Sequence record: SRR22947727_1468
DNA: 34,355 nt
Strand: one strand, 5' to 3'
Part shown: one piece after another, positions 1 to 9,001 of the stretch
How the letters are laid out: each line of letters begins with the position of its first letter
Numbering within the stretch: the first letter of the stretch is position 1
Notes under the pieces: model-generated
Database searches by the model: none
Seen by the model: only the letters and a program-made list of their open reading frames with translations
What the model was told of the DNA's origin: nothing
Made by a program: the position numbers and the translations under genes

Positions 1-17
1 TATACCCAGATGGTGAA

Positions 18-45
18 TGCGCCTGCCGGGCGGCAGGCAGGCGCA
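18..45. repeat. GC-rich REP-like palindrome (10-bp stem, 8-nt loop)
   Basis: TGCGCCTGCC (18-27) is the exact reverse complement of GGCAGGCGCA (36-45); intergenic, next to the dispersed repeat at 56-110. Confidence 0.7.
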
Positions 46-55
46 GCCCGGTGTG

Positions 56-110
56 GCCATCAAGCAAAACGTTGTGGCTTGGCGGTTGGGTTGTGCAGAG
101 GTCTTTCGAA
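56..110 (-). repeat. Dispersed intergenic repeat, copy A
   Basis: Reverse complement of 71-110 (TTCGAAAGACCTCTGCACAACCCAACCGCCAAGCCACAAC) matches 34301-34340 at 36/40; ungapped match continues to 45/55. Confidence 0.9.
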
Positions 111-206
111 GGGTGTTCATCTGTGCGCTTTGGACAAAAGAATTCACCTCATCGCCTTAAGCCGCTATGGTCGCAGGCGGAACCAAAAGGTCAGAAGATG
201 GGCGAT

Positions 207-1120
207 ATGCGCATTAAATATTCGGTGATTATACCAACCTACAATCGCGAGCCCCTGCTGGCAGAGGCGTTGCGGTCCGTCCAAGCTGCCCTGCCCGACT
301 GTTCCGAAGTGATTGTCGTCAACGATGGCACAGAGTTTGAGCGGCGCACATGTGACCTGATTGAGACATTGGGCGCCGTGGCTGTAAAAACCAAAGGTGG
401 GCTCGGCGCGGGCGCCGCGCGCAACATCGGCGCAGACTGCGCGCGCGGTCAATGGCTTTTGTTTTGGATGATGATGATCTCATTGCCGCCGGATATTGGC
501 AGGCGGTCGCACGCTATATCGACGCACATTTTCAATCCACTGATCTCGCCTATGGGTTTTGCCGCGCCAACCCCCAATCAGATCGTAGAGCAATGCAGCG
601 CGTCGCGGCAAGCCAGACTGTGTTTCATATTCGGCCGCAAGTGGGCACGTCTCTAAGGTCCAAAATTGCAGGATTGGGCCTCGGGTTTTGGGTGTCAAAA
701 ACCTTATTTCAAAAGGTTGGTGGCATTAACCCAGAGCTGCGCACAAATGAGGATACAGATTTTTGCCTCAAACTTCTGGGCGCTGGCGCGCGCTGCCACA
801 ACACCCCGTCACAGGGTGCGGTAATTTTTCAGGGCGATCACGGGAGAGCCGCCGCCAGCTCGACCACAAAACGCTACGGGCCGCGGCAACGCGCCCGATA
901 TTTCAAGCATATTTTGGACAGTCAGGCAGAAATTCTGGCAACAGACAGCAAGACCCAATCATGGCTCTGGAAGCGGTATCTCAAGATGGAAGCGCGCGCC
1001 GGCGGAATGCAAGGCTATCAGTCCCTGCGCAAGGCGGCGGGACTGGCGGCAGGTCGCAAGCGCCTGCTCGCGGCCTATTGGGCAGTCTGGCGGGTTTTGG
1101 CAAAGCTGGACCGGCGCTAA
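207..1120 (+). pseudogene. Glycosyltransferase family 2, frameshifted (one T missing at ~462-465)
   Basis: GT2 motifs SVIIPTYNR, VIVVNDG, GAGAARNIG in one frame; DDDD and EDTDF continue in another; adding one T gives GQWLLFLDDDD and a ~304-aa protein. Confidence 0.85.
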
Positions 1121-1134
1121 GCGCCCAAACCACC

Positions 1135-2508
1135 TTAGCCCAACACAGCCCCGACCGCCTGCACGGTCGCCGCCACCACGATATCCGCCTCCGCATGGGT
1201 CAAACAAAACGGCGGTGCAAAACCCAGAATATCGCCTTCGGGCATGGCCCGCGCAATCACCTGGCTTTGCGCTAAAAGAGCAGCCGAGATCTGCGGGCCA
1301 ATTTTCTCTGACGGATCAAAGAAAATTCGGTCATCTTTGTCTTTCACAAATTCCACCGCGCAGAGCAGCCCCTCGCCGCGCACATCTCCCACATGCGGGT
1401 GATCGCCCAGCGCATCGGCCAATGCCCCCTTCAAATAGGCGCCAAGGTCGCGCGCGTTGTTCATCAAGTCCAACGCCTCAATCACCTTCAGATTGGCCAC
1501 CCCAGCGGCAGCGCAAATGGGATGGGCCGAATAGGTCCAGCCATGGCCAATGGGGCCATTTTCGTCGGTACCTTGCTCCAGAACCTTCCACAATTTTTCC
1601 CCAATGATAGAGCCGGACAACGGCGCATAGGCTGAGGTCAGCCCCTTGGCGATGGTGATGATATCAGCCTCAAGCCCATAATGGTCAGAGCCAAACATAG
1701 ATCCCAATCGCCCAAAGCCGGTGACCACCTCATCGACCACCAGCAAAATATCATGCTTCTTCAACACCTCTTGAATAGCCGGCCAATAGCCCGCCGGCGG
1801 CGGAACGATCCCTCCGGTCCCAAGCACTGGCTCTCCAATAAAGGCGGCGATGGTATCGGCGCCCTCGCGCGCAATCATCTCTTCCAAACTGGTCACGCAA
1901 TGGGCCACAAACTCCGCCTCGCTTTGCCCCAGATCCTCTCGGCGGAAATAATAAGGCGCTTGTGTATGCAGCACATTGGCCAGGGGCAGATCAAATTTCT
2001 TATGAAACAGCTCCAGCCCCGTCAGAGATCCTGTAACCAGCCCAGAGCCGTGATAGCCCCGCCAACGGCTGATGATCTTCTTCTTCTCCGGCCGTCCAAG
2101 AATATTGTTATAATACCAAATGAGTTTGATATTGGTCTCATTGGCATCTGATCCGCCAAGACCGAAGTAAACTTTCGACATATTCGCCGGAGCACGATCC
2201 AAAATCATTTTTGACAAAGTGATAGAGGCTTCGGTGCCATGCCCAACATAAGAGTGGTAGTAAGCCAATTCTTTGGCTTGAGCGGCAATCGCATCGGTAA
2301 TTTCTTGTCGGCCGTAGCCTGCATTCACACAGTAAAGCCCTGCGAAGGCATCCAAAAGCTTGTGACCATCCCGGTCTTCAATATAGACACCGCTGGCGGT
2401 CTTGATCACCCGACTTGGGCTGTCTCCTCGCGCATGTTGCGCCAGATGGGTCGAAGGATGGAAAAAATTCTCGCGGTCCCATTGATCGAGTAGATCGTTT
2501 TTCAGCAT
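1135..2508 (-). CDS. doeD: Class III PLP aminotransferase, diaminobutyrate aminotransferase of ectoine catabolism (DoeD/Atf)
   Basis: Starts MLKNDLLDQWDRENFFHPSTH; motifs GGSDANE, DEVVTGFGR, IAKGLTSAYAP; AAGGA RBS; directly downstream of doeA. Confidence 0.85.
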   Translation of the reverse strand: MLKNDLLDQWDRENFFHPSTHLAQHARGDSPSRVIKTASGVYIEDRDGHKLLDAFAGLYCVNAGYGRQEITDAIAAQAKELAYYHSYVGHGTEASITLSKMILDRAPANMSKVYFGLGGSDANETNIKLIWYYNNILGRPEKKKIISRWRGYHGSGLVTGSLTGLELFHKKFDLPLANVLHTQAPYYFRREDLGQSEAEFVAHCVTSLEEMIAREGADTIAAFIGEPVLGTGGIVPPPAGYWPAIQEVLKKHDILLVVDEVVTGFGRLGSMFGSDHYGLEADIITIAKGLTSAYAPLSGSIIGEKLWKVLEQGTDENGPIGHGWTYSAHPICAAAGVANLKVIEALDLMNNARDLGAYLKGALADALGDHPHVGDVRGEGLLCAVEFVKDKDDRIFFDPSEKIGPQISAALLAQSQVIARAMPEGDILGFAPPFCLTHAEADIVVAATVQAVGAVLG

Positions 2509-2551
2509 GGTCTGCGTCCTTGTCTTTACAGAGTGTCGCCACCCAATCTTT

Positions 2552-3739
2552 TCAGTCTTTGACAACCATCTTGCGCGGCACGTCGGCCAGACATTCCAGC
2601 CCCGTGCTTCCGATGCGAATGCTTTCGGTAATCTCAAAACCCCAATCGTCCATCCATAGGCCCGTCATGAAATGAAACGTCATATTTTCCTGCAAGATGG
2701 TCCTGTCGCCTGGCCGCAATGACATGGTGCGCTCGCCCCAATCGGGCGGGTAGCTCACACCTATGGGGTAGCCGGTGCGGTTGTCTTTCGTAATGCCATA
2801 TTTCTTGAGAACATCAAAAAATGCGATGGCAATATCCTCACAAGTATTGCCGACGCGCGCCTTTTCCAGCCCAGCCTCCATACCTTCCAAAACCGCCTGT
2901 TCCGCATCCAAGAATGTCTGTGTCGGTTTGCCCAGGAAGACCGTCCGTGACAAAGGACAGTGATAGCGCTTCACAACGCCAGCAATCTCGAAGAATGTAC
3001 CCTCTCCCGACCTCATCGGTGCATCATCCCAGGTCAAATGCGGCGCAGAGGCATCGGCGCCCGAGGGCAAAAGCGGCACAAGTGCCGGGTAATCCCCACC
3101 GGCCCCAATGGCCGGATCATATCGCAAGGCGGCATCGTAGATATCGGCCACCAAATCACATTTTCGAATGCCGGGCTCAACCTTTTCAACAATGCGCTCA
3201 TGCATCCGCCCAACGATCTGCCCGGCTTGGCGCATCAAAGCCAATTCGGCATCTGATTTCACGGCCCGCTGCCAATTGACCAGCCCCGTCGCATCGGTGA
3301 GCTGCGCGTTGGGCAGATTGGCAATCAGTGCCATATAGGCCGCAGCCGAAAACCAATAATTGTCCATTTCCACACCAATGCGACCCTTGGCCAAGCCGCG
3401 ATCGGTCAGTTGCGCCGCAAGATAGCCCATCGGATGGCGCTCGGTCGATTGCACATAGTGATCCGGGTAACCGATGATATCAGAAGGCTCCATGAAACAG
3501 GTGCGCAGCGCGCCCTTGGCATCCTGTCCCCGCCCATACCAGATCGGCGCGCCCTCCAGCGGTAGAATAACACATTGGTGCACATAAAACGACCAACCAT
3601 CATATCCGGTCAGCCAATTCATATTCGACGGATCCGATACAATCAGCAGATCAATCCCCCGCTGTTGCATCTCTTGGCGGGTTTTCATGAGCCGCTGGTC
3701 AAACTCAGCGCGCGAAAAATTGAGTTTAGCCTGTGACAT
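2552..3739 (-). CDS. doeA: Ectoine hydrolase DoeA/EutD (M24 peptidase fold)
   Basis: WLTGYDGWSFYVHQ, YPDHYVQSTERHPM, APHLTWDD, YPPDWGERTMSLRPGD are characteristic of EutD/DoeA; AGGA RBS 9 nt before ATG 3739. Confidence 0.92.
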   Translation of the reverse strand: MSQAKLNFSRAEFDQRLMKTRQEMQQRGIDLLIVSDPSNMNWLTGYDGWSFYVHQCVILPLEGAPIWYGRGQDAKGALRTCFMEPSDIIGYPDHYVQSTERHPMGYLAAQLTDRGLAKGRIGVEMDNYWFSAAAYMALIANLPNAQLTDATGLVNWQRAVKSDAELALMRQAGQIVGRMHERIVEKVEPGIRKCDLVADIYDAALRYDPAIGAGGDYPALVPLLPSGADASAPHLTWDDAPMRSGEGTFFEIAGVVKRYHCPLSRTVFLGKPTQTFLDAEQAVLEGMEAGLEKARVGNTCEDIAIAFFDVLKKYGITKDNRTGYPIGVSYPPDWGERTMSLRPGDRTILQENMTFHFMTGLWMDDWGFEITESIRIGSTGLECLADVPRKMVVKD

Positions 3740-3955
3740 CGCCGGCATTCCTATGTGGTTTGCTTTGAAAAACTTACCAGAGCCAACCCGCCTGTATATC
3801 CCCAGTGCGACATATTTTGTGGATTATCACCCAAACGGTCAGGGGCGCCAATCTCACGCTTGAATTTTATCCGCCGACCTGCGCCTATGCCCCATGAGCA
3901 GATGTTTTCCAACAGGCAGGGTCAGCATGATCGGCCGCAAACCGAGGCGCGGCCT

Positions 3956-4837
3956 GTGACAGCCCCGCGCAGCCAAAAGACCATTGGTCTCACACTCGCC
4001 ATTTTTGGCGCGCTGTTGTTGACTCCCGATACGTTGTTCATGCGCCTGTCGCAGCTCGACGGGTTCAACATGTTACTTTGGCGCGGAGGTCTCAGCGGCC
4101 TGGCCTATTTTATGATCTGGTTATGGATGCGCGGCCCGCGCGATCTGTCCAATATCTGGACCCGCAACTTTGCCATAATTGTCGCCTGTCAAACCGGCAA
4201 TGCGGCGTTATTTAGCCTCGCCATTGCCCTCGCACCCGTGATTGTGGTTTTGATAGGCGTGGCCACCGTGCCAATTTTCGCCGCTCTCCTGTCGCGCTTG
4301 CTATTGGGTGAAGCCCTCTCAATGCGCACGCTTATCACCGCAGCCATGGTCTTTTTGGGCCTATTTATCTCTGTGCTGGGCAGTGATGACGGGCATCTTA
4401 TGCTCGATCTCACCACGCTCATCGGTGCGGGACTAGGCCTGGGTGTCGCCTTCAGCCTGGCGATGAATTTCACAATAATTCGAAAAGACACAGACGTGCC
4501 ATTTGTTCTGGCTATTGCCGTTGGGGCCATTGCCGCAGCCGGGCTGGCGGCTGTCTTTGCCACCACGCTCGCTTGGCCAGCTCTGCCGCAGATGGCCGCT
4601 ATTGCTTTGACCGGTATTTTCATTCTACCGCTGTCTTTTGTCACCCTCTCATATGCGGCCCGCTTTGTGCCCTCTTCGACCGTGAGCCTCATCATGTTGC
4701 TCGAAACAGTTTTGGGCCCCTTATGGGTTTGGTGGGGCATTGATGAGGCCCCCAGCGCCATGATGTTAATTGGCGGTGGCATCGTCTTGACCTGTCTGTC
4801 GGTATTCTTGATTCTTGAGGGCCGCAAAGCCGCCTGA
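3956..4837 (+). CDS. DMT/EamA-family transporter
   Basis: About 10 hydrophobic segments; LLTPDTLFMRL and LLETVLGPLWVW; GTG start chosen from GAGG at 3944-3947 (start uncertain). Confidence 0.85.
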   Translation: MTAPRSQKTIGLTLAIFGALLLTPDTLFMRLSQLDGFNMLLWRGGLSGLAYFMIWLWMRGPRDLSNIWTRNFAIIVACQTGNAALFSLAIALAPVIVVLIGVATVPIFAALLSRLLLGEALSMRTLITAAMVFLGLFISVLGSDDGHLMLDLTTLIGAGLGLGVAFSLAMNFTIIRKDTDVPFVLAIAVGAIAAAGLAAVFATTLAWPALPQMAAIALTGIFILPLSFVTLSYAARFVPSSTVSLIMLLETVLGPLWVWWGIDEAPSAMMLIGGGIVLTCLSVFLILEGRKAA

Positions 4838-4935
4838 ACCACCGCGAGTAAAAACGGCTGTGATCGCGAAGGCACACAATTAAATGATCGACAAAGAGAA
4901 TGTAGGGTCCTAGCTTCTGTGCGAGGAGATTTACT

Positions 4936-6504
4936 ATGACCCATTATGAAACGGCCGCATCAGACCTTCCCCTCAGCACCCTGAGCGTGACAGAGCGCGT
5001 CTTCGAAGGTCTCGCGCCGCGACTGGAAGATGTGGTCATAATTGATGGGATAGATGGGCGCAAATTTACCGCCGGTGACGTGATCGATCACGTCAAACGC
5101 CTGGCGGGTGGGTTGCGCGCCGCGGGCCATGTGCCGCAAAAACCTATCGCCCTGATGGCGCCGAATTCACCCGAATATTGCATTATTTTTCATGCGGTCG
5201 CCTGGGCAGGCGGCACGATAACAACTTTGAATCCGACCTATACAGCGCATGAAATTCGCCACCAGCTGCGTGATTCCGGTGCGGGGCTGTTGATCACCGA
5301 TCCGGCCACCCTCGCAGTCGCCAAAGAGGCGCTGGAAGAGCTGCCAGAGGTTCAGCTTTGCGTCATCGGCAGCGCCGACGACTGCCTGAGCCTGTCCGCG
5401 CTCTACGGCCCAGCGCAGGAGCAGCAATGCCCCGTAGACTTGGACCGCCACAGCGTTGTGTTGCCCTATTCCTCTGGGACCACCGGCCTGCCCAAAGGGG
5501 TCTGCCTGTCACATCGCAACCTTTCGATGAATATCGATCAAACCGCCCAGGGCGCTGAATTTCGAGCCGGTGAGACCGCCGCCGCCTTCCTGCCCTTCTT
5601 TCACATCTATGGTATGACCGTGATGATGAATATGCATCTCGCCTGTGGCGGTGTTTTGGTCACCATGCCGCGGTTCGAGTTGGAGCTTTTCCTGCGTATT
5701 TGCCAAGACCACCGCGCCCGGCGCATGTGGATTGTGCCGCCGGTCGCCCTTGCATTGGCCAAACATCCCTTGGTCGATGCCTATGATCTGAGCGCATTGG
5801 AGCAAGTTTTCTCCGGCGCAGCACCCATGGGCAGTGCCCTGTCTGACGCGGTGGCCAGTCGCCTCAATTGCGCCATGCTGCAAGGCTATGGGATGACCGA
5901 ACTGGCGCCCGTGTCCCATATTACCCCCCTCAGCACCCCGCGTTCAGGGGCCTCTGGGCTTGCGCTTCCCAACACCCACTGCCGAATTGTCAGCCCCGAA
6001 ACCGGGGAGGACTTGCCACCGGGGGAGGAAGGCGAGCTTTGGATCAAAGGGCCACAAGTCATGATTGGCTATCTCAACAACGAAACAGCCACCCGAGATA
6101 CGCTCACCTCGGATGGCTGGCTGAAAACCGGCGATGTGGCAATCATTGATGCGGATGGCTACATGTTCATCGTGGATCGTCTCAAAGAGCTGATAAAATA
6201 CAAAGGGTTCCAAGTGGCCCCGGCGGAACTGGAGGCCTGTTTGGTCGCCCATCCACAGATTCAAGATGCAGCCGTGATTGGCCTGCCCGATGAAGAGGCC
6301 GGCGAAGTCCCCGTGGCCTTTGTCGTCTGTGCAGACCCTGCCCCCAGCCCCGAAGAGATCCAATCCTATGTCGGCACGCAACTGTCCCATTACAAACAAC
6401 TGCACCGTGTCACCTTCGTCGAGGCAATTCCGAAATCGCCCTCGGGCAAGATCCTACGTCGTTTGCTGCGGGACAGCCTTTACAGCATTTCCAGTTTACA
6501 TTGA
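4936..6504 (+). CDS. AMP-binding acyl-CoA synthetase, 4-coumarate-CoA ligase-like
   Basis: YSSGTTGLPKG, QGYGMTE, TGD, DRLKELIKYKGFQVAPAELE, PKSPSGKILRR; GAGGAG RBS. Confidence 0.92.
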   Translation: MTHYETAASDLPLSTLSVTERVFEGLAPRLEDVVIIDGIDGRKFTAGDVIDHVKRLAGGLRAAGHVPQKPIALMAPNSPEYCIIFHAVAWAGGTITTLNPTYTAHEIRHQLRDSGAGLLITDPATLAVAKEALEELPEVQLCVIGSADDCLSLSALYGPAQEQQCPVDLDRHSVVLPYSSGTTGLPKGVCLSHRNLSMNIDQTAQGAEFRAGETAAAFLPFFHIYGMTVMMNMHLACGGVLVTMPRFELELFLRICQDHRARRMWIVPPVALALAKHPLVDAYDLSALEQVFSGAAPMGSALSDAVASRLNCAMLQGYGMTELAPVSHITPLSTPRSGASGLALPNTHCRIVSPETGEDLPPGEEGELWIKGPQVMIGYLNNETATRDTLTSDGWLKTGDVAIIDADGYMFIVDRLKELIKYKGFQVAPAELEACLVAHPQIQDAAVIGLPDEEAGEVPVAFVVCADPAPSPEEIQSYVGTQLSHYKQLHRVTFVEAIPKSPSGKILRRLLRDSLYSISSLH

Positions 6505-6584
6505 GGCACATGTTATCATCAAGGTCTCGAGAGTGCGCAGCACGGCAGGGTATTGATGATTCAATATTGACTGGAAGTGCTTTA
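6481..6584. mobile_element. MITE-like element (~104 bp) with TA-flanked terminal inverted repeats, IS630-like ends
   Basis: TACAGCATTTCCAGT (6481-6495) vs ACTGGAAGTGCTTTA (6570-6584), 13/15 inverted match; inner ATCATCAA/TTGATGAT arm; removing it restores a TAA stop. Confidence 0.75.
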
Positions 6585-6605
6585 AGTTAGGCCCGCACTG
6601 CGGTC

Positions 6606-7508
6606 TCAGGCAAGATAGGCCAGCGAGAACAGCGATAAAACCGAGGTCCAGATGATCACTGGCGCAATGGTATCTGTACGCACTTTGTAAAGCATGGCCA
6701 GGGCGAAGGCCATCGCGCCCGAAGGCCCGGCACCGTTGAGTAAGAGCAGGTCATTCCAAAGCTCGGGCCGCGCACCCCATGCCAGCACGGACACGACGAC
6801 CACGGGCATGAGCAGCAACTTGATGCCCGCTACAGCGGCCACTTTTTTTGTCGGCCAAAGGCTGTGCCCCGATAAGATCACCCCAAGGGCAAAGAGCGTC
6901 AGGGGCGCCGCGCCCGCACCGGCAAATTTACAGGCCACCAAGAGCGGCTCGGCGGCGATCACCCCCAAGCCATTGCTGCCCAGACCCAAGGCAATCGCAA
7001 TCAAAACTGGATTTTTCACCAAGCGCAGCAGGCTTTGCCCCGCCGATTGCCCGCGATTGGCCAGTAAATCCGTCGTGATAATGAAAAAGGCAAAGGTCAC
7101 AGTGGCGTCCCAAACCACCGCTGCCATGATCGGGATATTGCCGCCGCTTCCATAGATCAGCGCCGAAATCGGCCAGATATACAGCAAGGAATTGACGAAA
7201 ATGGTGGCCATGGCCAAAAGCCAAGCCTCCAGAAACGCACATTTGAATAGGTAAATCGAAAGCAGCAGGGTCGTCAGAAAGACCACAACTTGGGCCAGGG
7301 CATAAAGAGCTATGGCGTCAAAATAAAAACTGCCGAGATCCACCCCATTGACCAGGGGAAAGATCAAAGCGGGTTGCAAGATCAAAAAGGCGATACGGTT
7401 GAGCGTGCTCGCCTCAGCCGTTGAGACAAACCGCATCCGCCCCATGGCAAAGCCAAGCACCATGATCGAGAACACCGGCAAAATATTGTGGGTTAGAATG
7501 GTTAGCAA
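6606..7508 (-). CDS. AEC (auxin efflux carrier) family transporter
   Basis: ILPVFSIMVLG start, QPALIF, NPVLIAI, PLTLFALG motifs; TTG start with CAGGAG RBS. Confidence 0.88.
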   Translation of the reverse strand: MLTILTHNILPVFSIMVLGFAMGRMRFVSTAEASTLNRIAFLILQPALIFPLVNGVDLGSFYFDAIALYALAQVVVFLTTLLLSIYLFKCAFLEAWLLAMATIFVNSLLYIWPISALIYGSGGNIPIMAAVVWDATVTFAFFIITTDLLANRGQSAGQSLLRLVKNPVLIAIALGLGSNGLGVIAAEPLLVACKFAGAGAAPLTLFALGVILSGHSLWPTKKVAAVAGIKLLLMPVVVVSVLAWGARPELWNDLLLLNGAGPSGAMAFALAMLYKVRTDTIAPVIIWTSVLSLFSLAYLA

Positions 7509-7628
7509 TTTGTGCTCCTGACACCGCACTGGCCCGTGCATGACCGGCCTATAAGAGGAAACGCGGCGCAGCAATAGGCGAAAATGCACCCGCCGCAGGC
7601 TAGCACGGCTTCGCCCGCACTCATGCGC

Positions 7629-8333
7629 TTAGATGTGGACGCCGAACAGATACCCTACACCAGTGGTCACCGCCATCGCCAGAACGCCCCAGCCCATGAC
7701 CCTGAACATCGCAGGCCGCATCGGGGCCCCGCCGAACTTTGCACCCAGCGCGCCAAGGCCCGCCAAGGAGCCTACAGTCACCGCCCACACCGTTGGAACG
7801 ATCCAATCCGACGGGGCTACAACGGCCGCCAAAACCGGAATCGCAGCCGCCACGCTGAAGGTCAGGCCGGAAGCAATGGCGGCCTCAAGCGGGTTCGCAC
7901 TATGAATCTCTGACAGTCCCAACTCATCGCGGATATGTGCGCCAAGAGCGTCGTGCTCTGAGAGCTCCTGCGCCACTTTTCGCGCGGTCTCATCGGTCAG
8001 GCCACGCAAACGGTAAATCTCGACCAGCTCCTCGAGTTCTGCCGCCGGCATATCTCGCAAGGCCGCCTCCTCGCGCTTGATATCCGCGCGTTCTGTATCC
8101 GATTGCGAGGACACCGAGACATATTCGCCCGCCGCCATAGACATTGCGCCCGCCACCAGGCCGGCGACCCCCGCAACAAGGATCACCCGCGCATCTGGCT
8201 CTGCCGCCGCCACGCCCACAACCAAGGAAGATACGGAGACAATCCCGTCATTCGCCCCCAGTACAGCCGCGCGCAGCCAGCTGTTGCGGGTGACGTAATG
8301 GGGATCATCAGGATGGGCGCTTGGGTGTGACAT
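7629..8333 (-). CDS. VIT1/CCC1 family Fe/Mn transporter
   Basis: WLRAAVLGANDGIVS, AGAMSMAAGEYVSVSSQ, AHIRDELG signatures. Confidence 0.93.
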   Translation of the reverse strand: MSHPSAHPDDPHYVTRNSWLRAAVLGANDGIVSVSSLVVGVAAAEPDARVILVAGVAGLVAGAMSMAAGEYVSVSSQSDTERADIKREEAALRDMPAAELEELVEIYRLRGLTDETARKVAQELSEHDALGAHIRDELGLSEIHSANPLEAAIASGLTFSVAAAIPVLAAVVAPSDWIVPTVWAVTVGSLAGLGALGAKFGGAPMRPAMFRVMGWGVLAMAVTTGVGYLFGVHI

Positions 8334-8455
8334 GCGGTCAATCTTTCCAAAATTTGCCTGTATTAAAACATGCCGCCGACAACTTCTCAATGTCAGGCAT
8401 AAAGAAAACAGCGCAGATCGCAGCGCGCCCGAAATGGGCATCGCGCCAGGCCTGC

Positions 8456-8884
8456 CTAGCTGATCCGTCGCAGCAAAGGGCAGGTTTCAGAATTTGACAC
8501 GCCGGGCAATTCCCGAATGCGAGAAAGAATTCCATCGAATTCATAAAGACTTGTGGTCTCCAATTCGATCACCAAATCCCAAACCCCGCAGGTGCGGTGC
8601 AAAGAGGTGACCTCCGGCAGGCGCTGCAGTGCCTTTTGCACAGAATTGGCCGTGTTGCCGCGCACCTCAATCATCATGACGGCCCGCACCAGCTCATGGG
8701 TTTCCAGCCCGCCCAAATCGATCGTGAAGCGTTTTATGATACGGCTGTCAATCAAGCGTGCAAGGCGCGCTTGCACCGTGCCACGCGCCAGCCCCAAAAC
8801 ACCCGCCAGCGTGGTGACCGATGCGCGCCCATCAATTTGCAAACGCGCAATGATTTTTCGGTCAATGTCATCGATATTGATCAT
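8456..8884 (-). CDS. Lrp/AsnC family transcriptional regulator
   Basis: DDIDRKIIARLQIDGR HTH, C-terminal RAM domain (GVWDLVIEL); divergent from arginase. Confidence 0.92.
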   Translation of the reverse strand: MINIDDIDRKIIARLQIDGRASVTTLAGVLGLARGTVQARLARLIDSRIIKRFTIDLGGLETHELVRAVMMIEVRGNTANSVQKALQRLPEVTSLHRTCGVWDLVIELETTSLYEFDGILSRIRELPGVSNSETCPLLRRIS

Positions 8885-8911
8885 TTTGTATATTTGCCTT
8901 TATATTTTGAG

Positions 8912-8929
8912 CAATTCATATGTGAATTG
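8912..8929. promoter_or_regulatory. Palindromic candidate operator in the Lrp/arginase divergent promoter
   Basis: CAATTCA-tatg-TGAATTG in an AT-rich intergenic region. Confidence 0.45.
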
Positions 8930-9001
8930 AAGAATATTTCAGCTGATTGTGCAACAAGAGCATGGCAATTTGACTCAACCTCGTTGACATCGGAGCGCAG
9001 C

